Assembly (NCBI GenBank): GCA_965248925.1
Contig: CBDFLE010000006.1
Location: 800,001-864,000, forward strand
Direction: 5' to 3'
Length of the DNA stretch: 64,000 nt
From: Candidatus Multivoradales bacterium
GTDB lineage: Bacteria > Acidobacteriota > Thermoanaerobaculia > Multivoradales > J023
A model generated the notes under the pieces. The model was given only the letters and a program-made list of their open reading frames with translations. It was not told the DNA's origin and did no database searches. Of this stretch, positions 18,891 to 29,692 are shown piece by piece (within the stretch, counting starts at the first letter, position 1; each line of letters starts with the position of its first letter). A program made the position numbers and the translations under genes.

Positions 18891-19667
18891 TCAAATGCTG
18901 TGACCGATCAGCTCCTGCAAGCGCTCGCGGTAGCTGCGGCTCAAAGTCAGGCGCTGGCCTTCTTCCAACACCACCAGGTAGTCACCGTGAAACTGCTGTT
19001 GCAACTCTTGGATACGCTCCACATTGATGATCGTCGAGCGGTGAATGCGCAAGAACTTCTGTGGATCGAGGCGCCGCTCGAGACCGGCCATGGTCTCCCG
19101 CAGGAGATGGCTCTCGCCTCCGTGCAGGTTGAGCTTGACGTAGTTGCCCGCGGCATCGACCCAATCGATCTGCGCCACCTTGATGAACACCACCCGACCA
19201 CTGGATTTGACCACCAGACGTTCGGCAAAGACCGGCCGCTGTTGCCGCACCTCGTCGAGCAGACGCCGTAGCTGGTCTTCCATGCCGGTAGGGGCGGCGG
19301 GCTGGCCGAGGGTCTCCCGCACGCGGCTCATGGCAGCGGTGAAGCGCTGTTGATCGAATGGCTTGAGCAGGTAGTCGATGGCGTGGACATCGAAGGCGCG
19401 GATGGCGTATTGGTCGAAAGCGGTAACAAAAACGATGGCTGGCAACACCTCAGGATCGAGGCTCTCCAACACTTCGAAGCCGTCGAGTTCGGGCATCTGC
19501 ACGTCGAGAAAAACCAGGTCTGGCCGCAGCCGTTCAAGGGTCTCCAAGGCCTCCTTGCCGTCGCGGCACTCGGCGATGATCTCCACATCCGCTTCACGCT
19601 CCAAATAGCGGCGGATCTTGACCCGCGCTAAAGGCTCGTCATCGGCAATGATCGTTCTAATGTCCAC
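18891..19667 (-). CDS. LytTR-family response regulator
   Basis: DDE, FLDVQMP, FVTA and YLLKP receiver motifs; FLRIHRS LytTR domain. Confidence 0.95.
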   Translation of the reverse strand: MDIRTIIADDEPLARVKIRRYLEREADVEIIAECRDGKEALETLERLRPDLVFLDVQMPELDGFEVLESLDPEVLPAIVFVTAFDQYAIRAFDVHAIDYLLKPFDQQRFTAAMSRVRETLGQPAAPTGMEDQLRRLLDEVRQQRPVFAERLVVKSSGRVVFIKVAQIDWVDAAGNYVKLNLHGGESHLLRETMAGLERRLDPQKFLRIHRSTIINVERIQELQQQFHGDYLVVLEEGQRLTLSRSYRERLQELIGHSI

Positions 19668-19779
19668 AACGCTTTCAAGTATCTCTCCACCGGCTCGATT
19701 CCGCTGTCAGAAAAGGAGCGGAAGTGTCATAGAAGTGTCATGCGCCTCTCCGCCTCACTTCTACGGTAGGATTTGCTCC

Positions 19780-20769
19780 ATGCTGCGTCGCAACTCAGCC
19801 CCCATCCTAGTGATCTGTTCGATCTACCTGATCGCCCTGTTGGTGACCACCGGCTTGTTAGTCTTCTGGGTCGCCGTGGTGCAGCGCTTCGAGGGTGAGA
19901 TCAACCAGATGATCGGCCGCCTGGGGCTGGAATCGAACTACTTCCACTGGTTCGTCGGCACCACCGGCTATGGCCTTTTCTTCCTGGTCATCTTGGCCCT
20001 GACTTACCTTTTGGCGGTGACCCTCTCCGAGCGACGTTACTCGCGTAAGCAGAACGACTTCCTGTCCAACGTCACGCACGAACTGAAATCCCCGGTGGCG
20101 GCGATCAAGCTGCACGCCCAGAGCCTGGAGCAGAGCGACGTGCCGCAGGACGAACGCCAACGCTCGGTGGGATACATCCTGCAAGAAGCTGAGCGCATCG
20201 GCGCTTTGGTCGACAATCTGCTGGAATCGAGCCGCTTGGAGGCCGCTGCCGGCGGGCGGCTTGAGGCGATCGACCTGCGAGCCTTCTTCGCCGACTATCA
20301 GAACGCGGTGCGCGGACGCTTCGACCTCGCCCAGATCGATCTGCGGTTCGAGGTCTCGAGCCGGTCGGCGGTGATGGCCACCGCCGAGGGTTTGCAGCGG
20401 ATCCTCGACAATCTGATCGGCAACGCGGTGCGCTTTACCCGCCGCGGCGGTCGCATCCTCTTGACGGTGCGCGACCGTGGCCGCGGTCGCGCCGAGATCG
20501 TCGTCACCGACGATGGCGTCGGCATTCCCAAGCGCGACTTGGAGCGCGTCTTCGACCGCTTCCACCAGCTCGGCCGCGGGCTCCGCGGCCACCACGGCAC
20601 CGGTCTCGGGCTATCGATCGTCCGCGGCCTGGTGGAAGAGTTGCGGGGCCGCATCCGTGCCGTCGCTCCCGAGGGCAATACCGGCGGCGCCCGCTTCGAA
20701 ATCGAACTGCCAACCTCCACTGAACCGCCCCTAAACTCGTGCGCCAGGGAGCCCGCGGATGGCGACTGA
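19780..20769 (+). CDS. Membrane sensor histidine kinase
   Basis: Two TM segments, THELKSP, NLIGNA, DDGVGI, GTGLGL. Confidence 0.92.
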   Translation: MLRRNSAPILVICSIYLIALLVTTGLLVFWVAVVQRFEGEINQMIGRLGLESNYFHWFVGTTGYGLFFLVILALTYLLAVTLSERRYSRKQNDFLSNVTHELKSPVAAIKLHAQSLEQSDVPQDERQRSVGYILQEAERIGALVDNLLESSRLEAAAGGRLEAIDLRAFFADYQNAVRGRFDLAQIDLRFEVSSRSAVMATAEGLQRILDNLIGNAVRFTRRGGRILLTVRDRGRGRAEIVVTDDGVGIPKRDLERVFDRFHQLGRGLRGHHGTGLGLSIVRGLVEELRGRIRAVAPEGNTGGARFEIELPTSTEPPLNSCAREPADGD

Positions 20770-21490
20770 GCCGCGCGCCAAGAACCGCATCCTGCTGGTC
20801 GAAGACGAAGAGGCTCTGGCTCAAGGCTTACTCGCCAACTTGCGTCGCAAAGGTCATCAAGTGCAGCTGGCCAAGGACGGTGAACGGGCCCTGGAATTGG
20901 CCGCGGCCCAGACCTTCGATCTGGTGATGCTCGACGTCATGCTGCCCGAGATAGATGGCTTCGAGGTCTGCCGCCGGCTGCGCGAGCGGCGCGATTTCAC
21001 CCCCGTGCTGATGCTCACCGCCCGCGACCAGGCCGACGATGTGGTCTACGGCTTGAAGAACGGCGCCGACGATTACATGGTCAAGCCCTTCGACCTGGCC
21101 GAGTTGCTGGCCAGAGTGGAGGGAATGCTGCGCCGGGCCGGCTGGACTCAGCGCCCAGCCGCCACCGACTCGGCGAACAACAGCGAGCCTCGCTTCGAGT
21201 TCGGCGATGGCTTCTGGATCGACTTTGCAACCTGGCGCGCCCAAACCCGCCACGGCGAAGTCGAGCTGTCGCGCAAGGAACTTGAGGTGATGCGCATCTT
21301 CGCCCAGCGGCCACAGCAAGTGATCACCCGCCGCGAGCTGCTCGAACAAGTCTGGGAACTGCCCAACCATCCCAACACCCGAGTGGTCGACAATGTCATC
21401 GTCGCATTGCGCAAGTCCTTCGAAGAAAACGCTTGGCGGCCGCGCCACATCCACAACGTGCGCGGCGTTGGCTACCGTTTCGAGCCCTAG
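20759..21490 (+). CDS. OmpR/PhoB-family response regulator
   Basis: VEDE, LDVMLP, LTA and KPF receiver motifs; winged helix ending VRGVGYRF; overlaps the kinase stop. Confidence 0.95.
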   Translation: MATEPRAKNRILLVEDEEALAQGLLANLRRKGHQVQLAKDGERALELAAAQTFDLVMLDVMLPEIDGFEVCRRLRERRDFTPVLMLTARDQADDVVYGLKNGADDYMVKPFDLAELLARVEGMLRRAGWTQRPAATDSANNSEPRFEFGDGFWIDFATWRAQTRHGEVELSRKELEVMRIFAQRPQQVITRRELLEQVWELPNHPNTRVVDNVIVALRKSFEENAWRPRHIHNVRGVGYRFEP

Positions 21491-21590
21491 CAGTCCTCTC
21501 TGGAGTGCTAGCACTGCCGTCCAGCCAGCGTGCAAGGCTGTCTGAACAATTGCCGAAAAGCCGTTGTAGCATAAAAACGCCCACGCTATA

Positions 21591-24116
21591 GTGACATCGA
21601 TGAGCGTTCCTCGGACCTTCCTCTTCCAAGAACCCCAGTATTCGCCCTCCGGCCCCTTGGCAAGATCGGGAAAGTCTGAGGCGACAAAACCAGGCAGCAG
21701 ACAGCGGCATCGTCAAAGCGTCGCGGCGGGAATCGCAGCTACCGATCGTTGGTGGCTCGCGGGCTTGTTCTGCCTGGTGATCTTTGGCGCCCTGGTCAAT
21801 TTTCAGACCTTTCGCGACTACGTCTTCGAAGACTCTTACATCACCTACAGCTACGCCCAGAGTCTCGCCGCCGGTGATGGGCTGGTATTTAACCAGGGCG
21901 AGCGGGTGCTGGGCACAACCACTCCCTTTTTCGCTCTGTTGCTCGGCCTGCTGGGCATGCTGGGCTGTAACATCCCGGCTGCCTCCGGTGCCCTTTTTGC
22001 CGCCAGCCTGGGTGGAATCGGCCTGATCGGCGCGCTTCTGCTAGGCCGTTTTGGCGCTTGGCGAGCGGGCTTGTTCTTCGCCTTGCTCACCGCTTGGGGG
22101 AGCGGAAACTGGCTGTGGTTGTGGGGCATGGAGACGCCATTCTTTACCGCGATCCTGCTCAGCGCGCTGTGGTTGCTGCTCGAAGAGCGCCCGCTAGGCG
22201 CCGGCATCTGCCTCGGCATTGCCTTTGTAACCCGCTACGACGCCGCCCTCTTCGTCATTTCATTGCTGCTGCTGGAAAGTGTAAGAAAGCGTCGCTTGCC
22301 CCTGCGCTGCGCTTGCGCCGCGGCTTGCGTGGCCTTGCCCTGGTTGGCCTTCGCACAGCTTTACTACGGCTCAGTGCTGCCCAACACGCTGGGCGCGAAA
22401 ATGGCCTCGACCACCATGCCCGAGTACCTCTGGGGCTCGCTGGTCAAGCAAGTCCGGAATTTCCTATCGCCTCTCCACCGCCTGGTCTCGGAGCGCCAGC
22501 TGGGGCCGGAGATCCACCAGCTCACCGGTGGACTGCTCTTGCTGCCGATCTTGGTCGCCAGCCGGGCTTTGCTGAGACGCGAGCTGCTCATCGCCCAGTT
22601 GTTGTTGTTTCCCCTGATGTCATGGGTCGGCTACGCCATCATCGGCCCCGGCACCGGCCATTCTTGGCATCTGCTGCCGGCGATGTGCTGTGCCGTACTG
22701 CTAAGCCTGCTGGCCTGGAGCCAGCTGCTCGCTAGGCTGCGGTTTCGCCCCTGGATGGATGGGTGCCTGTCACTGGCCTTGGCTGCGGCCCTGCTCGGAC
22801 TACCACTGGCAGCCGCCAACCAAAACCAGCAGCTGGTCGACAACGGCTTTTACCGCGGTCGTATCGGCGCCTACACGGATATTGCGCGATGGATCAATGA
22901 AAAAGGGCTGAACGATCTCAAGATCCTCATGCAAGAGCCCGGCTACCTGCATTTCCTGACCGGCAACCCGATAGTGGATGCCGTCGGCCTGATCACACCC
23001 AACGTGGTTGTCCACGACGGCGAGCGCCGCCGCGTCGAGGTCAATGAGCTGGTCGAAAAACACCGACCCGATCTCATCGTCACCCCCACCCGATACTGGG
23101 CGGGGCTCGACCTCAATGGCTTCTTGCCCCTCTTCCACGCCGTTCCCCTACGCACTGTCTACATCAGCAAGGCGGCGTACAAGAAACGTTTCGACGCCCT
23201 CGCCGACCGCTGGCTAACTCCCCCCGCGAGCACTCCGCCGGAGCTTGATCGAGCCAACTCCCTGCGGGTCGACTTCACGGCTGGCGACAGCAATGACTTC
23301 ATCACCACCGGCAGGCTCGGCGGTAACTTCATCACCAACGGGGTGGGGGCCCGGGCCGTCGCCGGGCTAGAACCCCCGTTCCTGTCGACCCAGGGTGATC
23401 GCTGGGGGGGGATCGTCACTCCTTCCTTCACCATCGACTTCGACGAGATCTCGTTCCAATTTGCCGCCACCAGCAGCTCAGTCACCATCGCCCGCCTGCT
23501 GATTGACCGCCAGGAGGTCTATCGCGCCACCGGCGGCCGGCGAAGCCCACCTCCGGTGCAGGAGGTGCGCTGGCCGGTAAGCCAATGGCGGGGCAAAGAA
23601 GCCGTCGTGCAGTTTCAGGATCTGGCCCGCGGCGGCAAATTCCTGGCCGCGGATCGGCTGCGCTCTTGCCGCCATCAGCGGGTCGAGCTGTTGGCCGACT
23701 TTGAAGACCCCGACTACGGCGACCTGTGGCAGACCACCTTCGGCGACCAGCCACAAGCGCTCCGTGGGCTAGCCATCGAGCGCGGGGTGCCCTTCCTGCA
23801 CGGGCGCTCGGCGGCCATGAGTATGGGCCTCGAAGGCCCGCGGCGAATGACCTCGCGTCCCTTCAAGACCGATCGTACACAGCTGTCCTTCGCCGCTCTC
23901 GACTTCGCTGGCCGCGAAAGCCAGATCGTGTTGTGGGCCGAGGATAAGATAGTGCGCCGTTGGCGGGGGCGCAACACTCGCCGCTCTCAGCCGGTGGTCT
24001 GGGAGCTATCGCGGTGGATCGGCAAGTCACTGGTGCTCGACATCATCGACCCCACTGAAGAGCCCGGACAGTGGATCGGAATCGATGAGCTGCGGCTGTT
24101 CGACAGCGGCTGCTGA
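21591..24116 (+). CDS. Polytopic GT-C-like membrane glycosyltransferase with C-terminal soluble domains (paralog 1)
   Basis: EDSYITYSYA...GLVFNQGERVLGTT, GMET, TRYD, PNT..AK, many TM helices; true start uncertain. Confidence 0.75.
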   Translation: MTSMSVPRTFLFQEPQYSPSGPLARSGKSEATKPGSRQRHRQSVAAGIAATDRWWLAGLFCLVIFGALVNFQTFRDYVFEDSYITYSYAQSLAAGDGLVFNQGERVLGTTTPFFALLLGLLGMLGCNIPAASGALFAASLGGIGLIGALLLGRFGAWRAGLFFALLTAWGSGNWLWLWGMETPFFTAILLSALWLLLEERPLGAGICLGIAFVTRYDAALFVISLLLLESVRKRRLPLRCACAAACVALPWLAFAQLYYGSVLPNTLGAKMASTTMPEYLWGSLVKQVRNFLSPLHRLVSERQLGPEIHQLTGGLLLLPILVASRALLRRELLIAQLLLFPLMSWVGYAIIGPGTGHSWHLLPAMCCAVLLSLLAWSQLLARLRFRPWMDGCLSLALAAALLGLPLAAANQNQQLVDNGFYRGRIGAYTDIARWINEKGLNDLKILMQEPGYLHFLTGNPIVDAVGLITPNVVVHDGERRRVEVNELVEKHRPDLIVTPTRYWAGLDLNGFLPLFHAVPLRTVYISKAAYKKRFDALADRWLTPPASTPPELDRANSLRVDFTAGDSNDFITTGRLGGNFITNGVGARAVAGLEPPFLSTQGDRWGGIVTPSFTIDFDEISFQFAATSSSVTIARLLIDRQEVYRATGGRRSPPPVQEVRWPVSQWRGKEAVVQFQDLARGGKFLAADRLRSCRHQRVELLADFEDPDYGDLWQTTFGDQPQALRGLAIERGVPFLHGRSAAMSMGLEGPRRMTSRPFKTDRTQLSFAALDFAGRESQIVLWAEDKIVRRWRGRNTRRSQPVVWELSRWIGKSLVLDIIDPTEEPGQWIGIDELRLFDSGC

Positions 24117-24150
24117 ATAGGCAGAGGCCGTCAAATCGAGGACCCAGAGC

Positions 24151-26598
24151 TTGCTCTTCAAGAATAATTTCGCTGTCAAGACATCTTCAGAGACTCACCG
24201 CTGCTCATCCCGGCACAGCGCCGACCGCAGGTGGCGGATCTGTCTCTGGGTCGTCGTCGGCTTCGCGGCACTAGTCAACTTCTCGACCTTCAAGGACTAT
24301 GTCTTCGAAGATGCCTACATTACCTACAGCTACGCCCAGAATCTGGCGGCCGGCAATGGGCTGGTGTTCAACCAGGGCGAGCGGGTGCTGGGCACGACGA
24401 CACCTTTCTATGCTCTGCTGCTCGGCCTGTTGGCGTGGCTGGGCGGCGACATTCCGCTTCTGTCCGGTGTCCTCTTTGCAGGCAGCATGGCTTGGATTGG
24501 CCTGCTCGGCGGCTCGTTACTCGGCCGCTGGGGTAGTTGGCGAGCGGGCTTACTCTTCGCCCTGCTGATCAGCTGGGGGGCCGGCAACTGGATCTGGTTG
24601 TGGGGCATGGAAACGGCGTTCTACACCGCGCTCCTCTTAACCGCTCTGTGGCTGACCCTTGAAGAGCGCTCGCTGGCGGCCGGAATCTGCCTCGGCATCG
24701 CCTTCGTAACCCGCTACGACGCTATCCTCTTTGCCCTGACTCTGTGGTTCCTCGACACCGTGAAGCAGCGCCGGCTGCCGCTGCGCAGCATCTTGGCCGC
24801 CACCGGAGTAGCCCTGCCCTGGCTGCTCTTCGCCCAGCTTTATTATGGTTCGGTGGTGCCCAACACCCTTGGCGCCAAGATGGCCAAGACCCCCATGGGC
24901 GAATACCTGTGGGCCTCCTGGATTCGTCAGCTGGACCAGCTGATTTCGCCGCTGCTGCGATTCTCCCCCCCGCGGCGACTGATCCCCGCTCTCCGCAACA
25001 TTGCCTCCTGGCTGCTGCTGCTACCGATCCTGGTCGCCGGATGGAGGGTTGTGCGGCGTGAGCTGCTGGCGACGCAACTCTTGCTCTTTCCCCTCGCCCT
25101 GTGGTTCGGCTATTCGCTGATCGGTCCGGGTACCGGTCATTCCTGGCATCTGCTGCCGGCGCTGTGCTGTATCTTGCTACTGAGTCTAATCGCCTGGAGC
25201 CGGCTGCTCACCCTGGTGAAAACCGCACCTTGGTTGAATTTCTGCCAGCTGTTGGTGCTGGTGGCGGCACTGATCTGGCTGCCCATATCGGCGGCAACCC
25301 ACGCTCGCCAGTTGACCGACAACGGCTTCTATCGCGGCCGGGTGGAGGCCTATGCCGACCTCGCGGGGTGGATCAACGATCAGCGGCTGAATGAGCTCAA
25401 GATCCTCACCCAAGAACCCGGCTATATACGTTTTCTGACCGGCAATCCGATGATCGATGCCGCGGGTCTGACCACCCGCGGAGTGGTCACTCATCAGGGT
25501 GAGCGGCAGAAAATGAGCTTCGCCTCGATGATTGAGCAGCACCAGCCAGAGCTGATCATGGCGCCAGGACCCTACCGCTCAGGACTCGATCTCTCGGACT
25601 TCATACCGCTGATCTACCCGCTGCCGATAGGTACCGTCTTCATCCGCAGGTCGACCCACCGAGAACACTTCAACCACTTGGCCGAGAGTTGGTTGACGAG
25701 CGGCCCACCCACTGCTCGGCAACTCGCCTTGCCGACCGAACTGCGGGTCGATTTCGCAGCCGGCGATAGCGTCGACTTCTCCACTAGCGGCAGACTGGGC
25801 GGTAGCTTCGTCCGTCAGAAGCGAGCGCGCAAAAAGGCGCCCGAGGGTCTCGACCCGCCCTATCTGTCGACCCATGGGGAGCGCTGGGGAAGCATGGTCA
25901 CGCCTCCTTTCCGCATTGAGTTCGACGAGCTCTCATTCCAATTCGCCGCCACCAACCCCTACGGCACCCTGGCCCGCCTGCTGATCGACCGCCAAGAGGT
26001 GTATCGCATCACTGGCGAAGCGAAAGACCCGCCGCCGGTACACACCGTGCGCTGGCCGGTGGGACACTGGCGCGGCAAGGAAGCGGTGATCCAGTTCCAA
26101 GATTTACTCCGCGACCCGCGGTATCTAGCCGCCGATCGCCTGCGGTCCTGCCGCCATCGGCGGGTCGAGCTGGTCGCCGATTTCGAGAGCCCCTCCTACG
26201 GCGGGATCTGGCAAACCACCTTTGGTGAGCGGCCTACTCCGTTGCGCGGCCTGGCGGTCGAACGCGGGGTGCCCTTCTTGGTCGGTCGCTCCGCCGCCAC
26301 CAGCATGGCGCGTCCCGGCCCACAGCGAATGACCAGCCGGCCCTTTGTCCTCGATCACGACCATTTCTCGTTGGTGGCCTTCGATTTCGCCGGCCCGGAG
26401 AGTCGCATTGAGCTACGACTCGCGGGCCGGGTCGTCCGCCTCTGGCGCGGCGGCAACACTCGCCGGCTGCAACCGGTGGTCTGGGACCTGGCGGATCTTC
26501 ACGGCAAGACCCTGGTGCTCGACATCATCGACCCCACTCCCCAAGCCGGACGGTGGATCGGCATCGATGAGCTGCGACTGTTTGACAGTGGTTGCTGA
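24151..26598 (+). CDS. Polytopic GT-C-like membrane glycosyltransferase (paralog 2)
   Basis: Collinear with paralog 1 and ends in the same WIGIDELRLFDSGC. Confidence 0.75.
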   Translation: MLFKNNFAVKTSSETHRCSSRHSADRRWRICLWVVVGFAALVNFSTFKDYVFEDAYITYSYAQNLAAGNGLVFNQGERVLGTTTPFYALLLGLLAWLGGDIPLLSGVLFAGSMAWIGLLGGSLLGRWGSWRAGLLFALLISWGAGNWIWLWGMETAFYTALLLTALWLTLEERSLAAGICLGIAFVTRYDAILFALTLWFLDTVKQRRLPLRSILAATGVALPWLLFAQLYYGSVVPNTLGAKMAKTPMGEYLWASWIRQLDQLISPLLRFSPPRRLIPALRNIASWLLLLPILVAGWRVVRRELLATQLLLFPLALWFGYSLIGPGTGHSWHLLPALCCILLLSLIAWSRLLTLVKTAPWLNFCQLLVLVAALIWLPISAATHARQLTDNGFYRGRVEAYADLAGWINDQRLNELKILTQEPGYIRFLTGNPMIDAAGLTTRGVVTHQGERQKMSFASMIEQHQPELIMAPGPYRSGLDLSDFIPLIYPLPIGTVFIRRSTHREHFNHLAESWLTSGPPTARQLALPTELRVDFAAGDSVDFSTSGRLGGSFVRQKRARKKAPEGLDPPYLSTHGERWGSMVTPPFRIEFDELSFQFAATNPYGTLARLLIDRQEVYRITGEAKDPPPVHTVRWPVGHWRGKEAVIQFQDLLRDPRYLAADRLRSCRHRRVELVADFESPSYGGIWQTTFGERPTPLRGLAVERGVPFLVGRSAATSMARPGPQRMTSRPFVLDHDHFSLVAFDFAGPESRIELRLAGRVVRLWRGGNTRRLQPVVWDLADLHGKTLVLDIIDPTPQAGRWIGIDELRLFDSGC

Positions 26599-26674
26599 AC
26601 AGAGATTGCTGAACAGAGATTGCTGAACAGAGGTTGCCGAAGAGTGGTTGCCGAAGAGTGGCTGCTGAGGGAGG
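26591..26674. repeat. 14-bp tandem repeat, 5-6 copies, between convergent genes
   Basis: RTTGCTGAACAGAG x3, GTTGCCGAAGAGTG x2, one degenerate copy. Confidence 0.8.
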
Positions 26675-26689
26675 AATTGGGCGGCGAGC

Positions 26690-27607
26690 TTAGTGATCGG
26701 ACCCGGCGTACTTCTTCTCACCTGCCACGATCGCCACTTTCAGCTTGTTCTGCAACGGTGGCAAGGGGCAGGTGGCGAAGGGGGTGAAGGCGCAGGGAGG
26801 GTTGTAGGCGAGGTTGAAATCTACCGTGATGCGACCCTCGGCATCGGCCAAAGGCACATAGAGAAAACGGCCGCCGCCATAGGTCTCACCACCGTTGGTG
26901 CTATCGCCAAAAATCAGAAACAGCTCGGCGTCGCCACCGGGCAGAGCATCGAGATGGTAGCTCTTGCCACCATGTTCGAACACCACCGCGCCCGGCGATA
27001 GCTGCTCGCCGACCGTGCCCAGCACATTGGGCACCGGCACCGACTTCGGCGGATCGTAGGCTTCGAACCGGGCCGTCAACCGCCAGGAGGTATCGATCGG
27101 GAAGTAGTCGAGGCCCTGAAAATACGCCAATGCCGGATGGGCGCGATCCTTGACCCGCAGACCGATCCGGTCGCCGCGCTGGATGGCGTAGAAGAGCACG
27201 CTGCTGTACTCCACCACCGTCGGCGAGCCGGTGCTGTCAGGCGCCAGCACGGATTGCCGTTCGACCTTGCCATCGACGGTCGCTTCGACCCCCTCGGCGA
27301 GCTGCAGCCGCAGCTCACCTGCGTCCAGCTCGACGGTGGCGAAAAATGCCGGCACCGCCGCCGGTAGCCGCACCTCGTTATCGGCGCCGCTTCCCAGTTT
27401 GCTGCGACCCTCTTGCAGCCAGTGCAAGCCGGTCAAGCTGAGCCAGCCATCGTCGCGGGTCAGGCGCTCCAAGCGTTCCGCTCGCCACGCCTCGACCTCG
27501 CCTTGGTGAGCGCCGTCGGCACTCAACGACATCGCCCAGCAAGACCAGGCGCAGGCGCCAACGAAAATCAAAATCGGTACTTCAGTAGAACTTCCCAAGC
27601 GTTTCAT
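26690..27607 (-). CDS. DUF1684 family secreted protein
   Basis: GWLSLTGLHWL, DSTNGGETYGGGRFL, DFNLAYNPPCAFTPFATCPLPP..N. Confidence 0.9.
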   Translation of the reverse strand: MKRLGSSTEVPILIFVGACAWSCWAMSLSADGAHQGEVEAWRAERLERLTRDDGWLSLTGLHWLQEGRSKLGSGADNEVRLPAAVPAFFATVELDAGELRLQLAEGVEATVDGKVERQSVLAPDSTGSPTVVEYSSVLFYAIQRGDRIGLRVKDRAHPALAYFQGLDYFPIDTSWRLTARFEAYDPPKSVPVPNVLGTVGEQLSPGAVVFEHGGKSYHLDALPGGDAELFLIFGDSTNGGETYGGGRFLYVPLADAEGRITVDFNLAYNPPCAFTPFATCPLPPLQNKLKVAIVAGEKKYAGSDH

Positions 27608-27786
27608 GGTCCGCTAGCTTAGCAGGTGCTCCCAGATGGTCGGCCCCGAGGCTGGTTTGAAGCGGCAACGGCGTGCTACCCTCCGGCTCCCCACGCTGCC
27701 GGCATCGTCGGCGCCGCGTCCAACTCCATCGAGCCAACCCAGGCCTTATTCCCCGGAGCAGTCCAGTGCCCGCTCAAAAACCGACC

Positions 27787-29595
27787 ATGACCCGCGACGA
27801 CCTGCGCAACCTGGCGATCATCGCCCACGTCGACCACGGCAAAACCACCCTGGTGGACGGCCTGCTGTGGCAGAGCGGTATTTTCCGCGACAATCAAGCG
27901 GTCGCCGAGCGGGTGATGGACTCGATCGATCTGGAGCGCGAGCGGGGCATCACCATCATGTCCAAGAACACCGCGATTAATTTTCGCGGTACCAAGATCA
28001 ACATCGTCGACACCCCCGGCCACGCCGATTTCGGCGGTGAAGTCGAGCGCATCTTGAAAATGGTCGACGGCGTGTTGCTGCTGGTGGATTCGAGCGAAGG
28101 ACCGATGCCGCAAACCCGCTTCGTGCTCAAGAAAGCCCTCGAAGCCGGCCTGCCGCCGATCTTGGTGATCAACAAGATCGACCGCCACGACGCCCGCATC
28201 CAAGGGGTGATGAACGAAGTCTACGACCTCTTCATCGAACTCGACGCGCCGGAAGAGCTGCTCGATTTCCCCGTGCTCTACACTAACGCCAAAGACGGCA
28301 TCTGCCGCCGCCAGCCAGACGGCGAAGACGAAACCCTGGTGCCCCTCTTCGAAGCCATCCTGGAGCACATCCCAGCACCGAGCTACGAGCCCGAGGCGCC
28401 TCTGCAACTGCAGGTCACCACCCTCGACTACGACGAGTACCTCGGCCGCCTGGCCATCGGCCGAGTCTACAACGGCAATGCGAAGCGCGGCCAGGCAATA
28501 GTGCGAGTCAGCGCCGAAGGTGAGCCCAAGCCGGCCAAGATCGCTGGTCTGCTGGGCTACGAAGGGCTTGCCCGCAAGCCGATCGAAGAGGTCGGGCCGG
28601 GCGACATCGTCGCCGTCGTCGGCCTCGACGAGGTGTCGATCGGCGACACCCTCTGCGAGCCCGACTTCCCCTTGCCGATGCCGCCGATCGTCGTCGATGA
28701 GCCCACTTTGGCGATGACCTTCAGCATCAACGACTCGCCCTTCGCCGGCCTCGACGGCAAGCATGTGACCTCCCGCAAGTTGCGCGAACGGCTGCACAAA
28801 GAAGCGCTCACCAACGTCTCCATCCGGATCACTAACACCGAAGCCGCCGACGCCTTCCAGGTCGCGGGTCGTGGCGAGCTCCAACTCGCCATCTTGATCG
28901 AGATGATGCGTCGTGAAGACTTCGAGTTGACCGTCGGCAAGCCCGAGGTGCTGACCCGCGAGATCGACGGCAAAAAGCACGAGCCGATGGAAATGCTGGT
29001 AATCGACACTCCCGAAGAGCACATCGGCGTGCTGACCCAGAAGCTCGGACCACGCAAAGGCAAGATGCTGAAAATGGCCAGCTATGGCTCGGGCCGAGTG
29101 CGGCTCGAATTCCGGGTACCATCGCGGGGCCTGATCGGCTTCCGCACCGAGTTCCTCACCGACACCCGCGGCACCGGCATCATGAACCACCGCTTCGACG
29201 GCTGGGAGCCCTGGCAGGGAGACATCCCCCACCGCTCCACCGGCTCGCTGGTCGCTGACCGCGCTGGCAAGACCACCTCCTACGCGATCGAAAACCTCCA
29301 GCCCCGCGGCACCCTGCTGGTCGGTCCCACCACCGAAGTCTACGAAGGCATGATCGTCGGCGAGCACTCCCGTTCCAACGACCTCGATGTCAACATCACC
29401 AAAGAAAAGCGGCTGAGCAACATGCGCTCCTCCACTTCCGACATCTACGAACGCCTGGTCCCCCACCGCCGCTTAAGCCTCGAACAGGCCCTGGAGATGA
29501 TCCGCCAAGACGAAGCGGTCGAGGTGACGCCGAAGAGCTTCCGCCTGCGCAAGAAGCTGCTGCGAGCGGTGGATCGCAAGCGCAAGAATCGCTAG
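27787..29595 (+). CDS. typA: Translational GTPase TypA/BipA
   Basis: [41 protein letters not shown] and EVTPKS motifs. Confidence 0.98.
   Translation: MTRDDLRNLAIIAHVDHGKTTLVDGLLWQSGIFRDNQAVAERVMDSIDLERERGITIMSKNTAINFRGTKINIVDTPGHADFGGEVERILKMVDGVLLLVDSSEGPMPQTRFVLKKALEAGLPPILVINKIDRHDARIQGVMNEVYDLFIELDAPEELLDFPVLYTNAKDGICRRQPDGEDETLVPLFEAILEHIPAPSYEPEAPLQLQVTTLDYDEYLGRLAIGRVYNGNAKRGQAIVRVSAEGEPKPAKIAGLLGYEGLARKPIEEVGPGDIVAVVGLDEVSIGDTLCEPDFPLPMPPIVVDEPTLAMTFSINDSPFAGLDGKHVTSRKLRERLHKEALTNVSIRITNTEAADAFQVAGRGELQLAILIEMMRREDFELTVGKPEVLTREIDGKKHEPMEMLVIDTPEEHIGVLTQKLGPRKGKMLKMASYGSGRVRLEFRVPSRGLIGFRTEFLTDTRGTGIMNHRFDGWEPWQGDIPHRSTGSLVADRAGKTTSYAIENLQPRGTLLVGPTTEVYEGMIVGEHSRSNDLDVNITKEKRLSNMRSSTSDIYERLVPHRRLSLEQALEMIRQDEAVEVTPKSFRLRKKLLRAVDRKRKNR
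28963..29594 (+). repeat. 632-bp direct repeat, copy 1 (typA 3' end)
   Basis: Matches 48787-49418 by eye; overlapping ORF translations in both copies are identical. Confidence 0.95.
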
Positions 29596-29692
29596 GGGGT
29601 GGAAAGGGCATCGGAGGGCTGGGCTGAGCAGAGGGGCGTGGTGCTAGTGCTTGGGCTTGCAAATCCCCGAATCTGACCGACCCAAATCAGTG

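Noticed and set aside
27676-29466. Long antisense ORFs (here, and at 31193-32632, 35406-37010, 46144-47043, 59442-60611, 60401-61840)
   Set aside because: Shadow frames of high-GC genes; they carry no motifs and lie opposite well-supported CDSs
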